Shown one piece after another: positions 1 through 13,333 of a stretch of DNA of 64,000 bases (position 1 is its first letter; each line of letters begins with the position of its first letter). Origin of the DNA: Sphaerodactylus townsendi. Lineage: Eukaryota. The notes under the pieces are model-generated. The model was not told the origin of the DNA. It was given only the letters and a program-made list of their open reading frames with translations, and did not search any database. Made by a program: the position numbers and the translations under genes. The stretch is taken from the NCBI RefSeq assembly GCF_021028975.2, contig NC_059439.1, forward strand, positions 9,362,001 to 9,426,000. The letters run 5' to 3'.

Positions 1-288
1 TGTATAAAGATTCCTCAGCATTGGGCTGCTTCAGTGAAGCATTTTAGGGGCTAGATCATCTACTGATCAAGTGGTCAGTTTCAGACACAAACAATGATTT
101 CTTCCTGCTAGAAATTAAGCAACTTCACTGGACTCATCGTGGCTCATAATCCACACCCTGTTCAAGTGTAGGTCAGAGTTACTATTGTACTATTATCAAC
201 GTAGTTGTGTGGAAACAAAGGTGGCTTTTATTGCAGTGTTTCTGCTCCCCTTCACAGGTAACTGGCGCAATGGATGAAGACTGTACAT

Positions 289-619
289 CAGGGGTCCCCA
301 ATCTTTTTGAGCCTGTGGGCACATTTGGAATGCTGATATGACATGGAGGCTGCAGCAGCAAAATGGCTGCCATAAAATGGCTGCCAGAGGAGGCACAGCC
401 CACCACAAAATAATTGCCACAACTTAACTTCAGTAACACGTTGCAGATACTTATATGGCAGCTGCTGCCAAAGCAATATATTTTTTTTAATCAGCACCAA
501 TTAAATCAATCAGAAGCTTTGCTGGGCAAAACTCTATCTAGCCCTGCCCACTTCTTAAAATGGGAACCAGAAAAGGGAACTTCTTAAAATGGGAACCAGC
601 TCCAAATTCGGTACCTCTG
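289..619. mobile_element. hAT-type non-autonomous element (MITE) in keratin A intron 1
   Basis: Termini CAGGGGTCCCC...GGTACCTCTG; degenerate 8-bp TSD CTGTACAT/CTATACAC; related partial copy near 46450-46572. Confidence 0.6.
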
Positions 620-1210
620 CTATACACTGTACATCAAAACCAAACTTTGGACTCACCAACCATGGCATATATATGGTGAAATGTTTTTGCCAACAGGATT
701 TTTTAATTTTAAAAAAGCGCAACTAATTGTATTCATCAATCACCGAACACATCCCTTTTCAGCTATCTTAAAATATCAAAATCAAGCATCCCCAAATAAA
801 ACCAGTTATGCTCTGTGGAAAAAACACCACCATGGTTTCATTGGATGATGTCACATAGGATCATGGTAACCTAAGCTCTCAGAAGCAGCATCTGTCTGGT
901 CTCTGCAATTTCAGATTGCAGGAGGGAGCTCTGCTGAAGCACTGTTCTTCCATAGGAAATTTGCTTAGGTACAGACGCCATAGGACCCCTGCATTCTGTC
1001 CTGTCAGCTTCATTCCATCTGAAGTAGTACGACCAAGATATACATTTGTTTTCTCATCTTCTGAGAATGTGTCTGCATTAACTATACAACAGATAATGTG
1101 AGAAAGCTACTGGAACCCAGGAACGCATGTTAAAGGGTATATTAGCATTTTGAGAGTAAATCATGCAGTGGATGAGTTTTCCAGTTTCAACCAATTTCAC
1201 TGTGAATCTC

Positions 1211-1567
1211 GAAGAAGAAGAAGAAGAAGAAGAAGAAGAAGAAGAAGAAGAAGAAGAAGAAGAAGAAGAAGAAGAAGAAGAGTTGGATTTATATCCTCCT
1301 TTTCTGTCCTGTAAGGAAACTCAAAGGGGCTTACAATCTCCTTTCCCTTCCCCCCTCACAACAAACACCCTGTGACGTAGGTGGGGCTGAGAGAGCTCCA
1401 AAGAACTGTGACTAGCCCAAGGTCACCCAGCTGGCATGTGCTTGAGTGCATAAGCTAATCTAGTTCCTCAGAAAAGCCTCCACAGCTCAAGTGGCAGAGA
1501 GGGGAATCAAACCCAGTCCTCCAGATTAGAGTGCACTTGCTCTTAACCGCTGACCATGTTGGCTCTC
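1211..1567 (-). mobile_element. tRNA/CORE-type squamate SINE (Squam3-like) with (TTC)n tail
   Basis: Read on the minus strand: tRNA-like head with B box GGGTTTGATTCCC, core GGGTGACCTTGGGCTAGTCAC, end GATATAAATCCAA. (GAA)n occupies 1211-1281. Many copies in the window. Confidence 0.85.
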
Positions 1568-1814
1568 AGAAGGACAGATGCTGGTTGCAAATTTTTTGTT
1601 CATTGTCTGCTACTGTATAAGCTTTCCTTCTTTTTGTTAAATGAATGGGAAAGTATGGGGTGGCAATGGATTTTTTAAAAACATTCCACACTAAGCATCA
1701 AATGTTTTATAGTCCATTAAATTATGGCCATTAAATATTGCTCAGTTCAACAACATAATGAAGCCCAAATGTCTGATGTTTTGTAGCATCTGTTACAAAA
1801 GTAGTACCATCTAC

Positions 1815-2558
1815 CTCATTGTAGAGCTGATCGATTTGTTGATAATAGCCACTGTAGTCCCTTGGGCCTTCAGTATGTCCATGCTTCTGGTACCACTCTC
1901 GGATTAAGATCTCCAGCTGATTATTTTCGTCTTCCAGGCCTTTTACCTTGTCCATGTAAGAAGCCAGGCGGTCGTTAAGGTTCTGCATGGTTGACTTTTC
2001 ATTGCTGGAAAGGAGCCCCCCATCACCATAGCTAGCTCCACCAAAACTACCGCTACTGAATCCTCCACCACCCATGCTACCTCCACCAAAGCCACCGCCA
2101 AGGCCACCACCACCCATGCTGTAACCACCACCACCACCATAGCCAAGTCCACCACCATAACCTAGTCCACCACCATAGCCGGCTCCACCACCATAGCTGC
2201 TTCCGCTACCATAGGTGCTACCACCGTAGCATATTCTTCCTCTGCTTATTCTTCCAGTGCTGCCACTGCTGAATCCACCGCCTCCACCATAAGTCCTGGA
2301 ACCTCCACCACTGCTTCTTCCAGAATATCCTCTTGAGGATCCTGAGGATGAGCCTCTAATTTTGATACTTCCACTGCCTCCACTGCTGATACCTCCACCA
2401 CCACCAATACTTCCACCACTAATGCCTCCACCACCACCACCACCAGTTCCGCCACTAATGCCTCCGCCACTAACACAAGTTCCGCCACTTGTGCTGCCAC
2501 CACCTATGCTAACTCTACCACCGCTGCCCTTTGAGGCTCCTTTGACGCCGTAACTCAT
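1815..2558 (-). CDS. Type I keratin gene A (KRT9-like), exon 1: Gly/Ser/Tyr-rich head, coil 1A and linker; remaining exons lie left of the window
   Basis: ORF MSYGVKG...[26 protein letters not shown]...WYQKHG...[15 protein letters not shown] contains the type I LNDRLA helix-initiation motif. It ends at a phase-0 donor GAG|GTAG at 1815/1814 (744 nt, 248 codons). EKSTMQ resembles KRT9. Confidence 0.93.
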
Positions 2559-2659
2559 ATTGAAAGATGTTTAGAATCCAAAACCCAGAAAAAGCCCCAG
2601 TACAGCTGTGCAGCCTGGAATTGAGATCAGACTGCAAATGCTTTCTCCCAGCTGATCCT

Positions 2660-2765
2660 TATTTATATCTTTCAAAATGGGAGTTGCCACAAAGGGTGTT
2701 CCTGGTCCTTCCCAAGGCATTTGCCAATCTTATTGTTTATGCTGAAATGATTTGCCAAAGGGAGT
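2660..2765 (-). promoter_or_regulatory. Proximal promoter of keratin A (TATA box, CACCC box)
   Basis: TATAAA on the minus strand at 2662-2667, about 105 nt upstream of the ATG; AACACCC at 2694-2700; TCCCTTTGGCAA at 2752-2763. Confidence 0.7.
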
Positions 2766-3441
2766 TTTTTTCCCTAAGCTATCAAAGGCAATCAAGCACA
2801 GATTTGGATTTTGTCACTCTCAAGGTGTTTAGCAGATAAGTTGGAATGCAGATACAGGTGCATCTTCAACTTTCTTTTCCTTTCATTTTGCATGCTCAAA
2901 TTGTAACCTGTTTCATTATTGTCTCTGTGTGTGTTATGTGCACCTTGGTAGAAGACCACTTGCAATCAACTTTCCACTACAAAGTTCAGAACTATCTTCT
3001 AAAAACCCAGAACCCAGGAAACTATATGATGATTAAGTAAAAGGGGGAGGGGTTTCTAATGAAAAAAATCTATGGAGTAATATGCTGATGTTCTTGCTTC
3101 AAGTGTCTCGGTGATTATTCATGGATTGTGGAATGACGTGACTTATTATCAGGCTGTGCAAGGAAGCTTACTGGCCAAGGGAAACAGCCTTATAGGTTAA
3201 GATGTACAATTAGGCATTTTGCATATGGGTTTTATGAAAATGTGACTCAGTGTTGGAGAGCAAAAGCACAAAGCTGACAGGAATGCGTTTTTAATTAATG
3301 AAGGCACTTGGTGGCTTGTTTGCTTTGTTTGGGTGTATACAAAATGGTAAGAAGATTAAGTGAAAACTACGTTTGTCATTTTGATACAAAATCGAGATCA
3401 GCCAGATTCTAGTAGAACATGGAGCAGGCCAGCATGCTTCT

Positions 3442-4543
3442 TTTTTTTAAAAATAATTTTATTGGGTTTAAAATATAAAGAAAATTATTACATCCACTTA
3501 GTATAACTTGTCCTTTGTGAAAAAATCACTACAGAAGAAAGAGCAAATAATGATGAAGCATATAGAATAGAGAGCAGGAAAGGTTAGAGTAAGAGTGAAA
3601 GAAGAAATAGAAGTAGGAGTTTAGAGAGTCAAAAGGGGATTTGTATTTCCATTGGTTATAGAAAAAGAAAAGATTGAGAAAGTACCAAGAAAGAATAAGA
3701 GAGAGGAAGAAAGAAGATGTATAGAGGTGGGGGGTATGAGAAGGGGGGAGAGAAGGGAAAAGAAAGTTATCTAAACATAAAGGTTTAGCTGGTTAGTAAC
3801 ATTTTACTTCTAATCTTCATAAGAAATGAAGAGGAGTTTTTCGTCTTCAGAATTATTTTTTTAAAAAATATGACAATTATACAGATTTGATGTTTTGACT
3901 CGTGAGAGTAATACATAACATTATATAAGATACTCTATTGTACCTAGTCTCTTAGTATGCACTAATTATAAAATTCCAATCATGTAACATAATCTACTAT
4001 ATCGGCAAAAAATCTATTTATTACAAATTTTCTTGTAGTCTATATATATCTTCCAGGTTTTATCAAACTTTTCTGGGTTGTCTCTCAGTAGCCAGGTTAG
4101 TCTGTCCATTTCCATTATTTGTTGAATCCTTTCTTCCCAGTCTGTAACCTTTGGAGTTGTGCTTGTCTTCCATAATTTGGCAATTTCTATTCGTGCCGTC
4201 GATATCATATAAAGAAAAAGGTTTTCATTTTTGGAAATAAAATTATTGTTAATTATGCCCAAAAGGAAGAGTTCTGGTTTTAATTCTATATTAATTTGAA
4301 ATATTTGACCAATCTTATCTGCTATATTTTTCCAATAATTTTTAATTTTTTTACAGTCCCACCACATATGAATTAGTGATCCTGCTTTTCTTTTACATTT
4401 CCAGCATTTAACTTCTTTTTTTGTTATCTTAGCTATTTTCTCTGGAGTATAATACCATCTGTAGAAAATTTTCCAGAAGTTTTCCTTTAGGTTTAACGCA
4501 AGCGTAAATTTTGTATGTTTTTTCCATGTCCTTTCCCATTCTT
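3442..4543 (-). mobile_element. 5'-truncated L1-clade LINE (ORF2 C-terminal zinc knuckle and 3'UTR)
   Basis: ORF includes FYRWYYTPEKIAK...CWKCKRKAGSLIHMWWDC. A-tail appears as a T-run at 3441. 13-bp TSD CCAGCATGCTTCT at 3429-3441 and 4544-4556. Confidence 0.88.
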
Positions 4544-4968
4544 CCAGCATGCTTCTGAACTCGTTCCTTTTCAAAGCATTGCAGGTATCTGCTGAAGCTA
4601 AACCTATGGTATATATTGTAAGTGAAATCGACAGCACATGTTTTATTTTTGCATTCCTGCTGGGAAGGCAAGGATCATGTCACAACAACCAGATAGGGAA
4701 ATTTCTCCTTTGGGACTTTTTGTTGAAAAAGGCAGAGGGAACAGGCAATCCCATTGACTGACTGCCTCCTTTTACTCTGAAACAAGCAGCTTCCGGAACC
4801 CCAGTTTATGCTGAACCCCATGAGCAGTTGCATAGCACCGACAGCCGAGAGTGTCCATGAAACTGAGTCCCACGTTCTAGCTGACACCTGGTTTTGTTCA
4901 GTTGTTTATGCACGGATGGTAAACCTGGAGTAAACTTCTGGGGAACAAAAAAAATACTCTACCTAGAT

Positions 4969-5114
4969 GAGGGGCGTCCAACTCTGGTGCTTCAGATGTT
5001 CATGGAGTACAATTCCCATCAGCTCCTGCTGGCATGGCGAATTGACCATGCCAGCAGGGACTGATAGGAATTGTACTCCATGAACATCTGAAGCACCAGA
5101 GTTGGACACCTCTG
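4969..5114. mobile_element. Palindromic hAT (Charlie-like) MITE
   Basis: Near-perfect 146-bp inverted repeat; degenerate TSD ACCTAGAT/ACATAGAC; same family as 42523-42670. Confidence 0.8.
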
Positions 5115-5707
5115 ACATAGACCAACAGAGTTTGTCTAGTTTTTCTTGGTTTAGTGTTGTCTGTGTGGTTATGATGTTCCGTCCAAAGAAGCTCTGATGG
5201 ATATCACATGAGTCACAATTAGATTTGCCACAATCTTGTAGATAACTTTACAGTCCTGAAGGAAGCTCTTCAGATTTTATTCAAGCACCCACCTCCTGCT
5301 CCTGTGGCTTATGTCCCATCTTTTTCCAGCCTTGACCAGATTCCCTCCATTGTGTCCCAGAACTGACTTGGCTTTTTCTATGCTTTGACAGATAATTCTA
5401 AGAGAAACCTAATAGAGTGCCTGAGTGTTCCTGTGGAATGATTCAAGAAAATTCCAAAAGAGCAGGTCGAGAAAATGATCTTCAGTTCTACCTTCTCTTC
5501 CCTGTCTCCAAATATCCTTGCGAAAGAAGTGTGATAGCATTAGTAAGGAGAGCTGGTATGGTGGGCTTCAGCAGCTGTATAAGCCCTCATTTGTAAGGCC
5601 TGATAATGCCTGGATTCTCCTAGGGAAGTTCCAATGAGTTCTTGCTCTATCTATTAACAAGAGGTTGAGAAGTCCGCTTCTAAGCTCCCCAGCATTGGTG
5701 GACTCTA

Positions 5708-5719
5708 CACACACACACA

Positions 5720-5762
<43 letters not shown>
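5708..5762. repeat. (CA)n/(CACG)n compound microsatellite
   Basis: Directly visible in the sequence. Confidence 0.95.
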
Positions 5763-7509
5763 GGCCCTGGCTCAATTTTCCCTTGATACCCTTCTGGTGA
5801 GCCAGGGCCAGGAATCCCTGGGCATCGGGTGGACTTTTGCACTGGGGCAACGTAGCAAGTGGTAGGGAAAAGCCCAGCTATGGGGAGGCCCCACCTGGGC
5901 CCCAGCAGGAGGTACTGCCGCAGCTTCTCAGCCAGGCTCAGCTTCCGCAGGCATCACTTCAGTTCCGCTCACAAGGGTCCGCTTAACTGGCTGCAGGACC
6001 ACAACCATGGCATCCAAGCCAAAGCTCTCCATGCACCCTTGGTACACAATCCCTCCCCAAGAGGCGGAGGCAGGTAGGAGGCAGGAGCCCAGCGAGCCTT
6101 GGAGAGGTTCCAGGCGGCCTTTGAATGGCCGGGGGGGGGGGAGGGGGAATGAGGTCTGGGCCCCTCCAGACCCTACTTCTCAGTGCACTCTGTCGAAGAG
6201 GTCAGTGATGGCCCCGGCTCCTCAGGGAAGGAAGGAACTGGGAAGGGCCAAGCAAAGGGAGGAAGCAGCCAGAGAGTGGTGCTCTGAACATGCTCTCTGG
6301 TGCTGCTGCTGCTCACCTGGCCAGGAGCACAGGCCAGGCAGCAGGCTAGAACTGTGGGGGGGGGGGCGATTTTCCACCCCCATGTGACTAAATGGTGGAC
6401 ACCCGGGGACATATGACATATGACATATGACATATGACTAGTATGCCCCTGGAGAGGTGAACTCTTTGGCATTATGCCCCATTGAGGTTCCATTCCTCTC
6501 CAGAATCCATCTCCAAATCTCCAAGGTCTTCCCAATCTAGACCTGGAAACTGTAGTAAATTCAACTGCCCTGCTGCCCTGCTGCCCATCTTTTAAGATCT
6601 TCATTGCTACATATGATGTTGACTTTTAAGCTGATTATTATTATACTGCTGTTTCCATTTAGTGGACAGTGGAACTGAATATTTATAGTATCATTTTATT
6701 CAATTTTTATTTTCTGATTGTTATCCGCCTTGGACCTTTTTATTGGAAAGATGGAGCTTTAAAAGTCTTTGAACAAACAAACTATCCCTCCTGTCAATGC
6801 AATTATTACAGTGGTAATCAAGAGATTCCTGTTTGCTGCTCACCATGACCAAGTGCTAACTAGCAAGATAGATTAATCATGGAACTATACCGCAAATGAT
6901 CCTGTGCTCCAGAGCCAAATGCCAGTCAGACAACTGCTGCAGGTTGCATTTTGCTTTTTAAAAATGTGCTCTTTAATCATTCCTAATTTGTACAGGACTT
7001 TTAACTAACATCATGGGGGGCAGTGACATCAAGTTTTACAATGTTTAGTTTGATTAATTTCCAGTAGTTAGGACACTGTTCCCATTTAATACAAGGGAGA
7101 TGCAGAACACCCTCAGTCCAGAGTCTGATCTGTTATCACCAAGCTCTAAACTCATCACATTTTTATAATTGATATAATCATTATCATCAATTTTTTAAAT
7201 CTGCCACCTTTCCACCCTACTCAGAGTTCCTAGAACTGCAAACATTTCAAATATATGGAGAATTATTCCAGTTATTTCAGTCCAAATCCCTTTATTTCAG
7301 TGGGTGAAGACTGCACTTAATTTGCATAGCAACCTGATGTAAAACAGTATACACGTATATATAAAATATACAAGTACATATAAGATATATTTTAAACAAT
7401 TAAATAAAACATACAAGCATACAAGCATTTGATGCCATCTCTGTTGACTTCTCCAAGCCAAATGGAAATGTTTTTTTTATTTCAGTTAGCTTTTGCTTAG
7501 GTGCACACT

Positions 7510-8520
7510 AATAACAGTTACCGAGGTAAACAAAAAAAAGTTTTCACCTGCTGGTGGAAGACAAGTAGATGCATCTCACTGGAAAAGATATTCTAAATTT
7601 TGGTGCTATAACCAAGACAGACCTTTCTCAGATTGCCACCTGTTTAGCCTCAGATAGTGGGGACACCTGAAGCAGGACTTCCAAAGATAACCAGAGTGAT
7701 TGCGTAAATTCATATGAGATTAGGCGGTTTTTAAGGTATGTTGGCTTGAAGCCAGGTAAGGGTTTGAAAAATCAATGCTAGTACCTTGAACTGGACCCAA
7801 AAGCAAATTGGGAGCCAGTGTAGATAAGACTGGAGAGAGATGTGCCCTATGACCCACCAGTCAGTGTTTTGGCACAGCATTCTCTGCCAATTTTAGTTTC
7901 TGGACAGTCTTCAAGGTCTACTCCACATAAAGTACACTGCAGTATCTAAATGTTACCAGAGCATAGTGGCAAGCTCTTTCCTGCTCAGGAAGGTTTCCAG
8001 CTGAAGCTGATGAAAGTTACTCATGTTCACCGCTGTTTATCCAACAGGTGGTCAGGGACCAGCAGCATCCCCCAAGTTATGAAACTGTTCCTTTGGCCAA
8101 GCTGTGAAACTGTTCCTTTGGGGATGTGCTACTCCATCCAGAATACAAGATATCCCTGTTCCGGATCAGACTTTCCCCCCTACTAGTACTACCTTCATTT
8201 TATGCAGATTAAGTTCTTGCTTGTTAGCCTTCATCCATCTTACATCTAGGTACCAGTTTATAATTTCAACAGCCTCCCTAGGATCTGCTGAAAGTGCAAG
8301 ATAGATCAGCAGTCCTCCTAAACCACACTCTGAAACCTACCTTCAAGGTAGGACTGAAACCACCTGGTCCCAGCCCCTGAAAGGCGGGGGTGCATGATCA
8401 ATGGTATCAAAAGCCACTGAGAGGTCCAGGAGATTTAACAAGGTTGCATTCCCCCTGTCAACCTCTGCACCAGGGTTACCAAGGCCAATTCAGCCTCCTA
8501 ACTGTCCCTAAAAGTAGACT
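7510..8520 (-). mobile_element. Decayed L2/CR1-clade LINE ORF2 fragment
   Basis: Minus strand reads DLLDLSVAFDTID at about 8395-8435 and LHWLP-like at about 7805-7825; multiple stops and frameshifts. Confidence 0.65.
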
Positions 8521-9487
8521 GGAACGGATCTGTAGATCTGGAATTCATTATGCGCTTACCCTTTATGGGTTGAGGCTCATGACAAAGACCTTTCTGTTCA
8601 CCCAGGCATTTGGCTAGCATCCCTGGAAGCCCCCTGTCCAGCTGCTGGACATGGGTGGGGTCTGGGGGAGTGGAGGTTGGGGTTAATTTCATGTGTTTTT
8701 TGTTGTTTTGTTTTAATAGTTGTAGTTAATTATGATGTTTTATTGTGGTCTTTTATTATTTTAACCTGTGTAAACAGCCTAGAGACTTTCATAAAAGGCA
8801 GGGTATAAATATTTTTAAATGAAGAAATGCTCTGGTGTTCCAGAAAGTCTCTTTGAGAGAAGACTGGGAATATCATTGCACCCTGATAACAATATCCTTG
8901 CAGAGTATTAACAAAAGAGTAAACTGTTGCATTAAGAAATGGCAACCTAGAGTAATTGAGCATCTTAATTCTGTTGGCCTTCCTTGTACTGAAATATTGA
9001 AAGAAATACATTATGCAGATGGTGAGACTCGAGATTTATAAAATATGCAGATACCACATTGTCAGCTCTCTTTCAGTGTTTAAAGAAAACAAAACTTGAA
9101 AGTGTGCATTCTGATCACTGGTGGGATCCTTAGATCACTGATCACTGGTGGGATCCTTGGCTAGAATTTCACTGAATAAAGCCATTCATTATCATCTCAA
9201 AATCACATTAATCCATCCTGCTTGTGACATTAAAAAGAAATCTGCAGCTGGTTGAGTCCAGTTTCATAATCCAGAGCTCCAGGAGTAAAACTTGGACGAT
9301 ACCTTCCTCCCCCTTTTCTCTCTTCTTTTTAATGTATAAAATTCATTTAAATATTTTTAATCCATATTCATAACTTTATGCCAGTTTTCTTTCCTTATTC
9401 AATTGAATGAACCTTATGTATACATCACTGTATTATCACTATGTCAATAAAGGTTCCTTGAACTTGAACTTGAGTCCAGTTTCCTAA

Positions 9488-10895
9488 GCAGTGGTCCACC
9501 CGCTCTTTAGAAGGCCATATTTTGATCAAACTGATCTGTTTCGAATCTTTCGTTTCTGGGTAAGGTAATTGAGAGAGTGGTTGCGGAGCAGCTTCAGATT
9601 TTCCTGGATGAAGCCAAAGTGTTATATCCCTTCCAGTTTGGCTTCCATGCTGGTCATGGGACTGAGACTGTGTTGGTTGCCATCGTGGATGAGCTCCATC
9701 TCCAGCTGGATCGAAGCAGCTCTGCGCTGCTGCTGTTGTTAGATCTCACTGCAGCATTTGACATGGTGGATAACAACCTGCTGGTCCAGTGTCTCGCTGA
9801 TGCTGGAGTTTGAAGTACAGCATTAAGCTGGATGATCTCATACCTCCAAAACTGGGGGCTGCAAGTAATGTCAGGAAGGAGGTTCCTGGGCAGCATCCCA
9901 TTATATGTGGGGTGCCCCAGGGAGCTATCCTCTCCCTGATATTATTTAGTATCTATATGTGGCCCCTGGCCCCCTGGCCCAGCTGACACCCAGCTCATTC
10001 TCATGTTGGAGGGCCAACCAGCCTTTGCCCCAGAGGCTCTCCAGCACTGTTTAGAAGTTTAGAAGCTGGTTGGTTGAGAGTGAGCAGACTTCAATGATGG
10101 AGATTCTGTGGCTCGGTCGAGGAAAATGGCCAGGGGATTTCCAGCTGCCTGTCCTGGATAGTGAGGCACTCCATCTTGTCTCAGCGGTGAGGAGTCTGGA
10201 TGTGACCTTGGACTCCACCGTTATGTTGGAAGACCAGGTCACAAAAACATCCCAGTCAGCTTTTTTCCATCTGCAGCAGGCACAGCAACTGGCTGATTTG
10301 GCCACAGTAATCCATGTAACAGTCATCTCTATGCTAGATTACTGTAACTCACTCTATACTGGCCTAACTTTGAAGCTGATCTGGAAATGGAAGCTTGAGC
10401 AACATGCAGCTGCTAGGCTCCTAGTTAGAGCCTCTATCTGGGACCATATAATACCCGCCCTTATTAAAGATCTTCACTGGCTGCCTATCAAGCACCAGGT
10501 CATCTTGAAAGTTTTGGTATTGACCTTTAAGGTCATTAACCATCTTGGACCTGCATAAGGACATTCGGGTCATGTGGAATCTGTCTCAGTTCTGCAGGTC
10601 CTGTAAAACAGAGCTATTCAACCTGGCTTTTCCTGTTGGGCCAGCCGGGCACTCTCTGTGATGTCATTCTTGATCCCCCCTGGGACATTTCTCACACACC
10701 TGTTCCATTATATTGTTTAGGACTCTTTTTAGTGCCATCTTGAATTAATTTTTTTAAAACCTGGTTTTAGCATTTATATTTTGTAACTTGTATTTTTGTA
10801 CTGTTTTCATATGTTTTATTATACACTGATTGTAAGCTGCCTCCTGCCCTCCAGGGGATCGGCAGGATATAAGTGAATAAACAAACAAACAAATA
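9488..10895 (+). mobile_element. L2 LINE, 3' part (RT domain, 3'UTR, (AAAC)n tail)
   Basis: FQFGFHAGHGTETVL, LDLTAAFDMVD, GVPQGAILSP, LDYCNSLY and LHWLP motifs across broken frames. Confidence 0.88.
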
Positions 10896-11912
10896 AGCCA
10901 AAGATGTGAATATTTACCAATTAGTTTATCCTTCTCTAAAGTAAGCTGTTGTTCCGGCTAAGGTAATGAGATGAACAGATGTAAGTTGGACTGGTACAGC
11001 TGAACATGTCTTATTGGGTGTTACCCATTTTGCAAAAAAAACCCCAAACAAAACAGACGTACACAACCAGACTTTCTTTTGTTCTAAGGGCTGTGCCACA
11101 ATAAGTAAGATTTAAGCAACTGATAGAAGGAGCAACGTTTTCACCCCATATGCCACCCACGGTGGGCACACCCAGAGTTTCCTCATCGATTGGCTTTCTT
11201 GTGAAGATGACCCATTTGTTAAAATCTTCTGAAACCTTCTGGATGTCTGTTCTGTGTTTGCTGCTCAGTGGATACAGCTCACATAATTATTCCAGCCACC
11301 CAAATAGTTTTTAATAGACAACGCTGTTTTGTAAAATAATCTCCGTCTTTCTTCTTTGGTCATTTATTTATTGGGGCCTGCCATTAGGTGATTGTACATT
11401 TCCTGCTTCAGCCCATTGGTTCCATCTTGGGAGGTGCCCAGATAAATGAAGATGTAATTTTGTCACTCTGTCCTGTTGGCTGAAGGTGAAGCAACCTCTT
11501 TGAAGTAGGCGTTCCCTCCTCATGATGACTACCTTGTCCCTTGCTACGCATAACCACTCGATGGTGACAAAATGCTTTCCAGATCACCTGATGATAACTC
11601 CCATCTCCATTCCACAACCATTCCAGTGGAGAGGTATTTGCATCACTGCTTGGGAAACACAGGCCTCGACCTTCATCTGTTGGAGCAGATGGGCTTGTTC
11701 CCTAATTGAAGTTTCAGTTTAATAAGTGCAAATACATTATTCTTTTTCATTCTTCTTTTTGAGGGCTCTGTTACAGCAAATGCCTCTAGGTTGTCTGAAC
11801 TGCTCCATGTAGTGACCTTATCACCACAGAGCCATTGTTTTGGAGGCAGGCTAGACATGATCATGAGAAAAAGAGTCTGGTTCTCCCTGTTTACAAACCC
11901 TGAACACATTGA

Positions 11913-12190
11913 TTAAGAGCAGTGGACTGTAATCTGGAGAACCAGGTTTTATTCCCCACTTCTCCACATGATCGATGGACTCTTATCTGTTGAACGGACT
12001 TTGTTTCGCCACTCCTACACATGAAGTCTGTTGGATGAACTTGGGCTAGTCAGTTTTCTCTGGGCTCTATCAGCCCCAACTTCCTCAGAAAGTGTCTGTT
12101 GTGGGGAGAGGAAGGGAAAGGAGTGTGTAAGCTGCCTTGAGTCTCCTTACAAGAGAGAAAGGTGTGGTGTAAATCCAAATTCCTTTTCCT
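11913..12190 (+). mobile_element. Squam3-like SINE, diverged copy
   Basis: TTAAGAGC...AATCTGGAGAACCAGGTTTTATTCCCC head, CTTGGGCTAGTCAG core, GTAAATCCAAA end. Confidence 0.75.
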
Positions 12191-12209
12191 CACCCCCTCC
12201 CCCTCCTCC

Positions 12210-12690
12210 TCCAGATGAGGCCTGGATTATTCTCAGAATTACAACCGATCTCCAAACTAGAAAGGTCAGTTATCTTGGAAAAAATGGCTGCTTTGATGGG
12301 TAGACCATGTGGCACTATACCCCACTGAAGTTCTTCCACTCCTCAAGCCCCACCCTCCTTAGGATCCTCCCCAAGATCTCCAGATATTTCTCAATTGGCA
12401 ACCTAACCCCAGCCATCTCTGATGACATTGCTCCTCCTCAAGCTGGAGGCCCTTGAAGGTTTATTTTCCCCTTGTATCCTTAGGGAAAAGGGTGAGGTTG
12501 CCAGTGCCAGATTGGGAAATTCCTGGAGATTTTGGAGGTGGAGTATGAGAAGAGTGTGGTTGGGGAAAAGGAGAGACCGCAGCAGGGTACAATGCCATCT
12601 CCCAAAGCAGCCATTTTCTACAGGGGAACTGATCCCTGTGACCTGGAGATGGGTTGAAATCCTGGAAAATCTCCAGCCACCACCTAGAGG
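12210..12690. mobile_element. Two hAT-Blackjack (MER53-like) MITE copies in opposite orientation
   Basis: TGGCAACCT and GGTTGCCAG termini with a shared CTGGAGAT...CTCCAG body. Further copies at about 6440-6550, 24250-24420, 53855-54027 and 54620-54815. Confidence 0.6.
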
Positions 12691-12974
12691 TTATCAGTAC
12701 AAATCACTTTGCACCAATGACTATAAGTACTATTGTACTATTAAAGATCACACAGCTATAATAACTGTTTCTTATTATATAACCAATTTAATCAAAATAA
12801 AGACTTTTATTCTCCTGTATCAAGGCTTCCATTTTTTTGAATCATACACAATAAAACTTTTAGGTCACAATGCTAAATATAACAAAATCAAAATCTCTTC
12901 AAACAGGGACAGTAACGAAGGCACATTTTTTGTTCTTCTCTGCTGGCCAGACACCCTCCCCCGCCCCCCCCCCC

Positions 12975-13297
12975 CCGGGGCCATGATATGGCCTGTTTCC
13001 CCTGCGTGGCTCTGCAGATGGGAGCTGGGGAAGGGTTTTTCGAGAATCACATTATGTGCGATTCTCTTGTTTGAACACGCCTTGCAGCTCTGGTCATTCA
13101 CTTAACCGCAGCTGCAAGCTGCAAGCAGCATTAAAATGAAAGAATCGCACATAATGCGATTCTGAAAAAACCCGGGTTGGTGGGAAAATGCGGAGCAAAT
13201 CCACGTTAGGATCAGGATCCGTGCGAAGTTCCCCCCCAACCCAGTTTTTTTTAAACCGGTGTTATCCCAGTTTAATTGGCCCGTGCGGAAAGGGCCT
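12975..13297. mobile_element. Harbinger-type MITE (second copy at 36907-37252)
   Basis: Body GTGGCTCTGCAGATGGGAG...GAGAATCGCA...GCGAAGTTCCCCCCAAC is shared with 36907-37252; right terminus GTGCGGAAAGGGCC. Confidence 0.6.
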
Positions 13298-13333
13298 TAA
13301 TTTCACTTGGTCTACTGCTGCAGCAATACACCT

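Noticed and set aside
1163-1375. Poly-Glu ORF (and the poly-Arg ORF at 56230-56574)
   Set aside because: These are translations of (GAA)n SINE tails read antisense; there is no gene structure.
2362-2553. Pro-rich plus-strand ORFs (also 50128-50635)
   Set aside because: They are antisense shadows of the Gly-rich keratin heads.
4014-4637. 207-aa ORF as a standalone gene
   Set aside because: The TSD at 4544-4556 shows the N-terminal part is flanking DNA that happens to be in frame with a truncated L1 ORF2.
12422-13105. 227-aa ORF
   Set aside because: It runs across a Blackjack-like MITE, AT-rich spacer and another MITE, with no recognisable domain.
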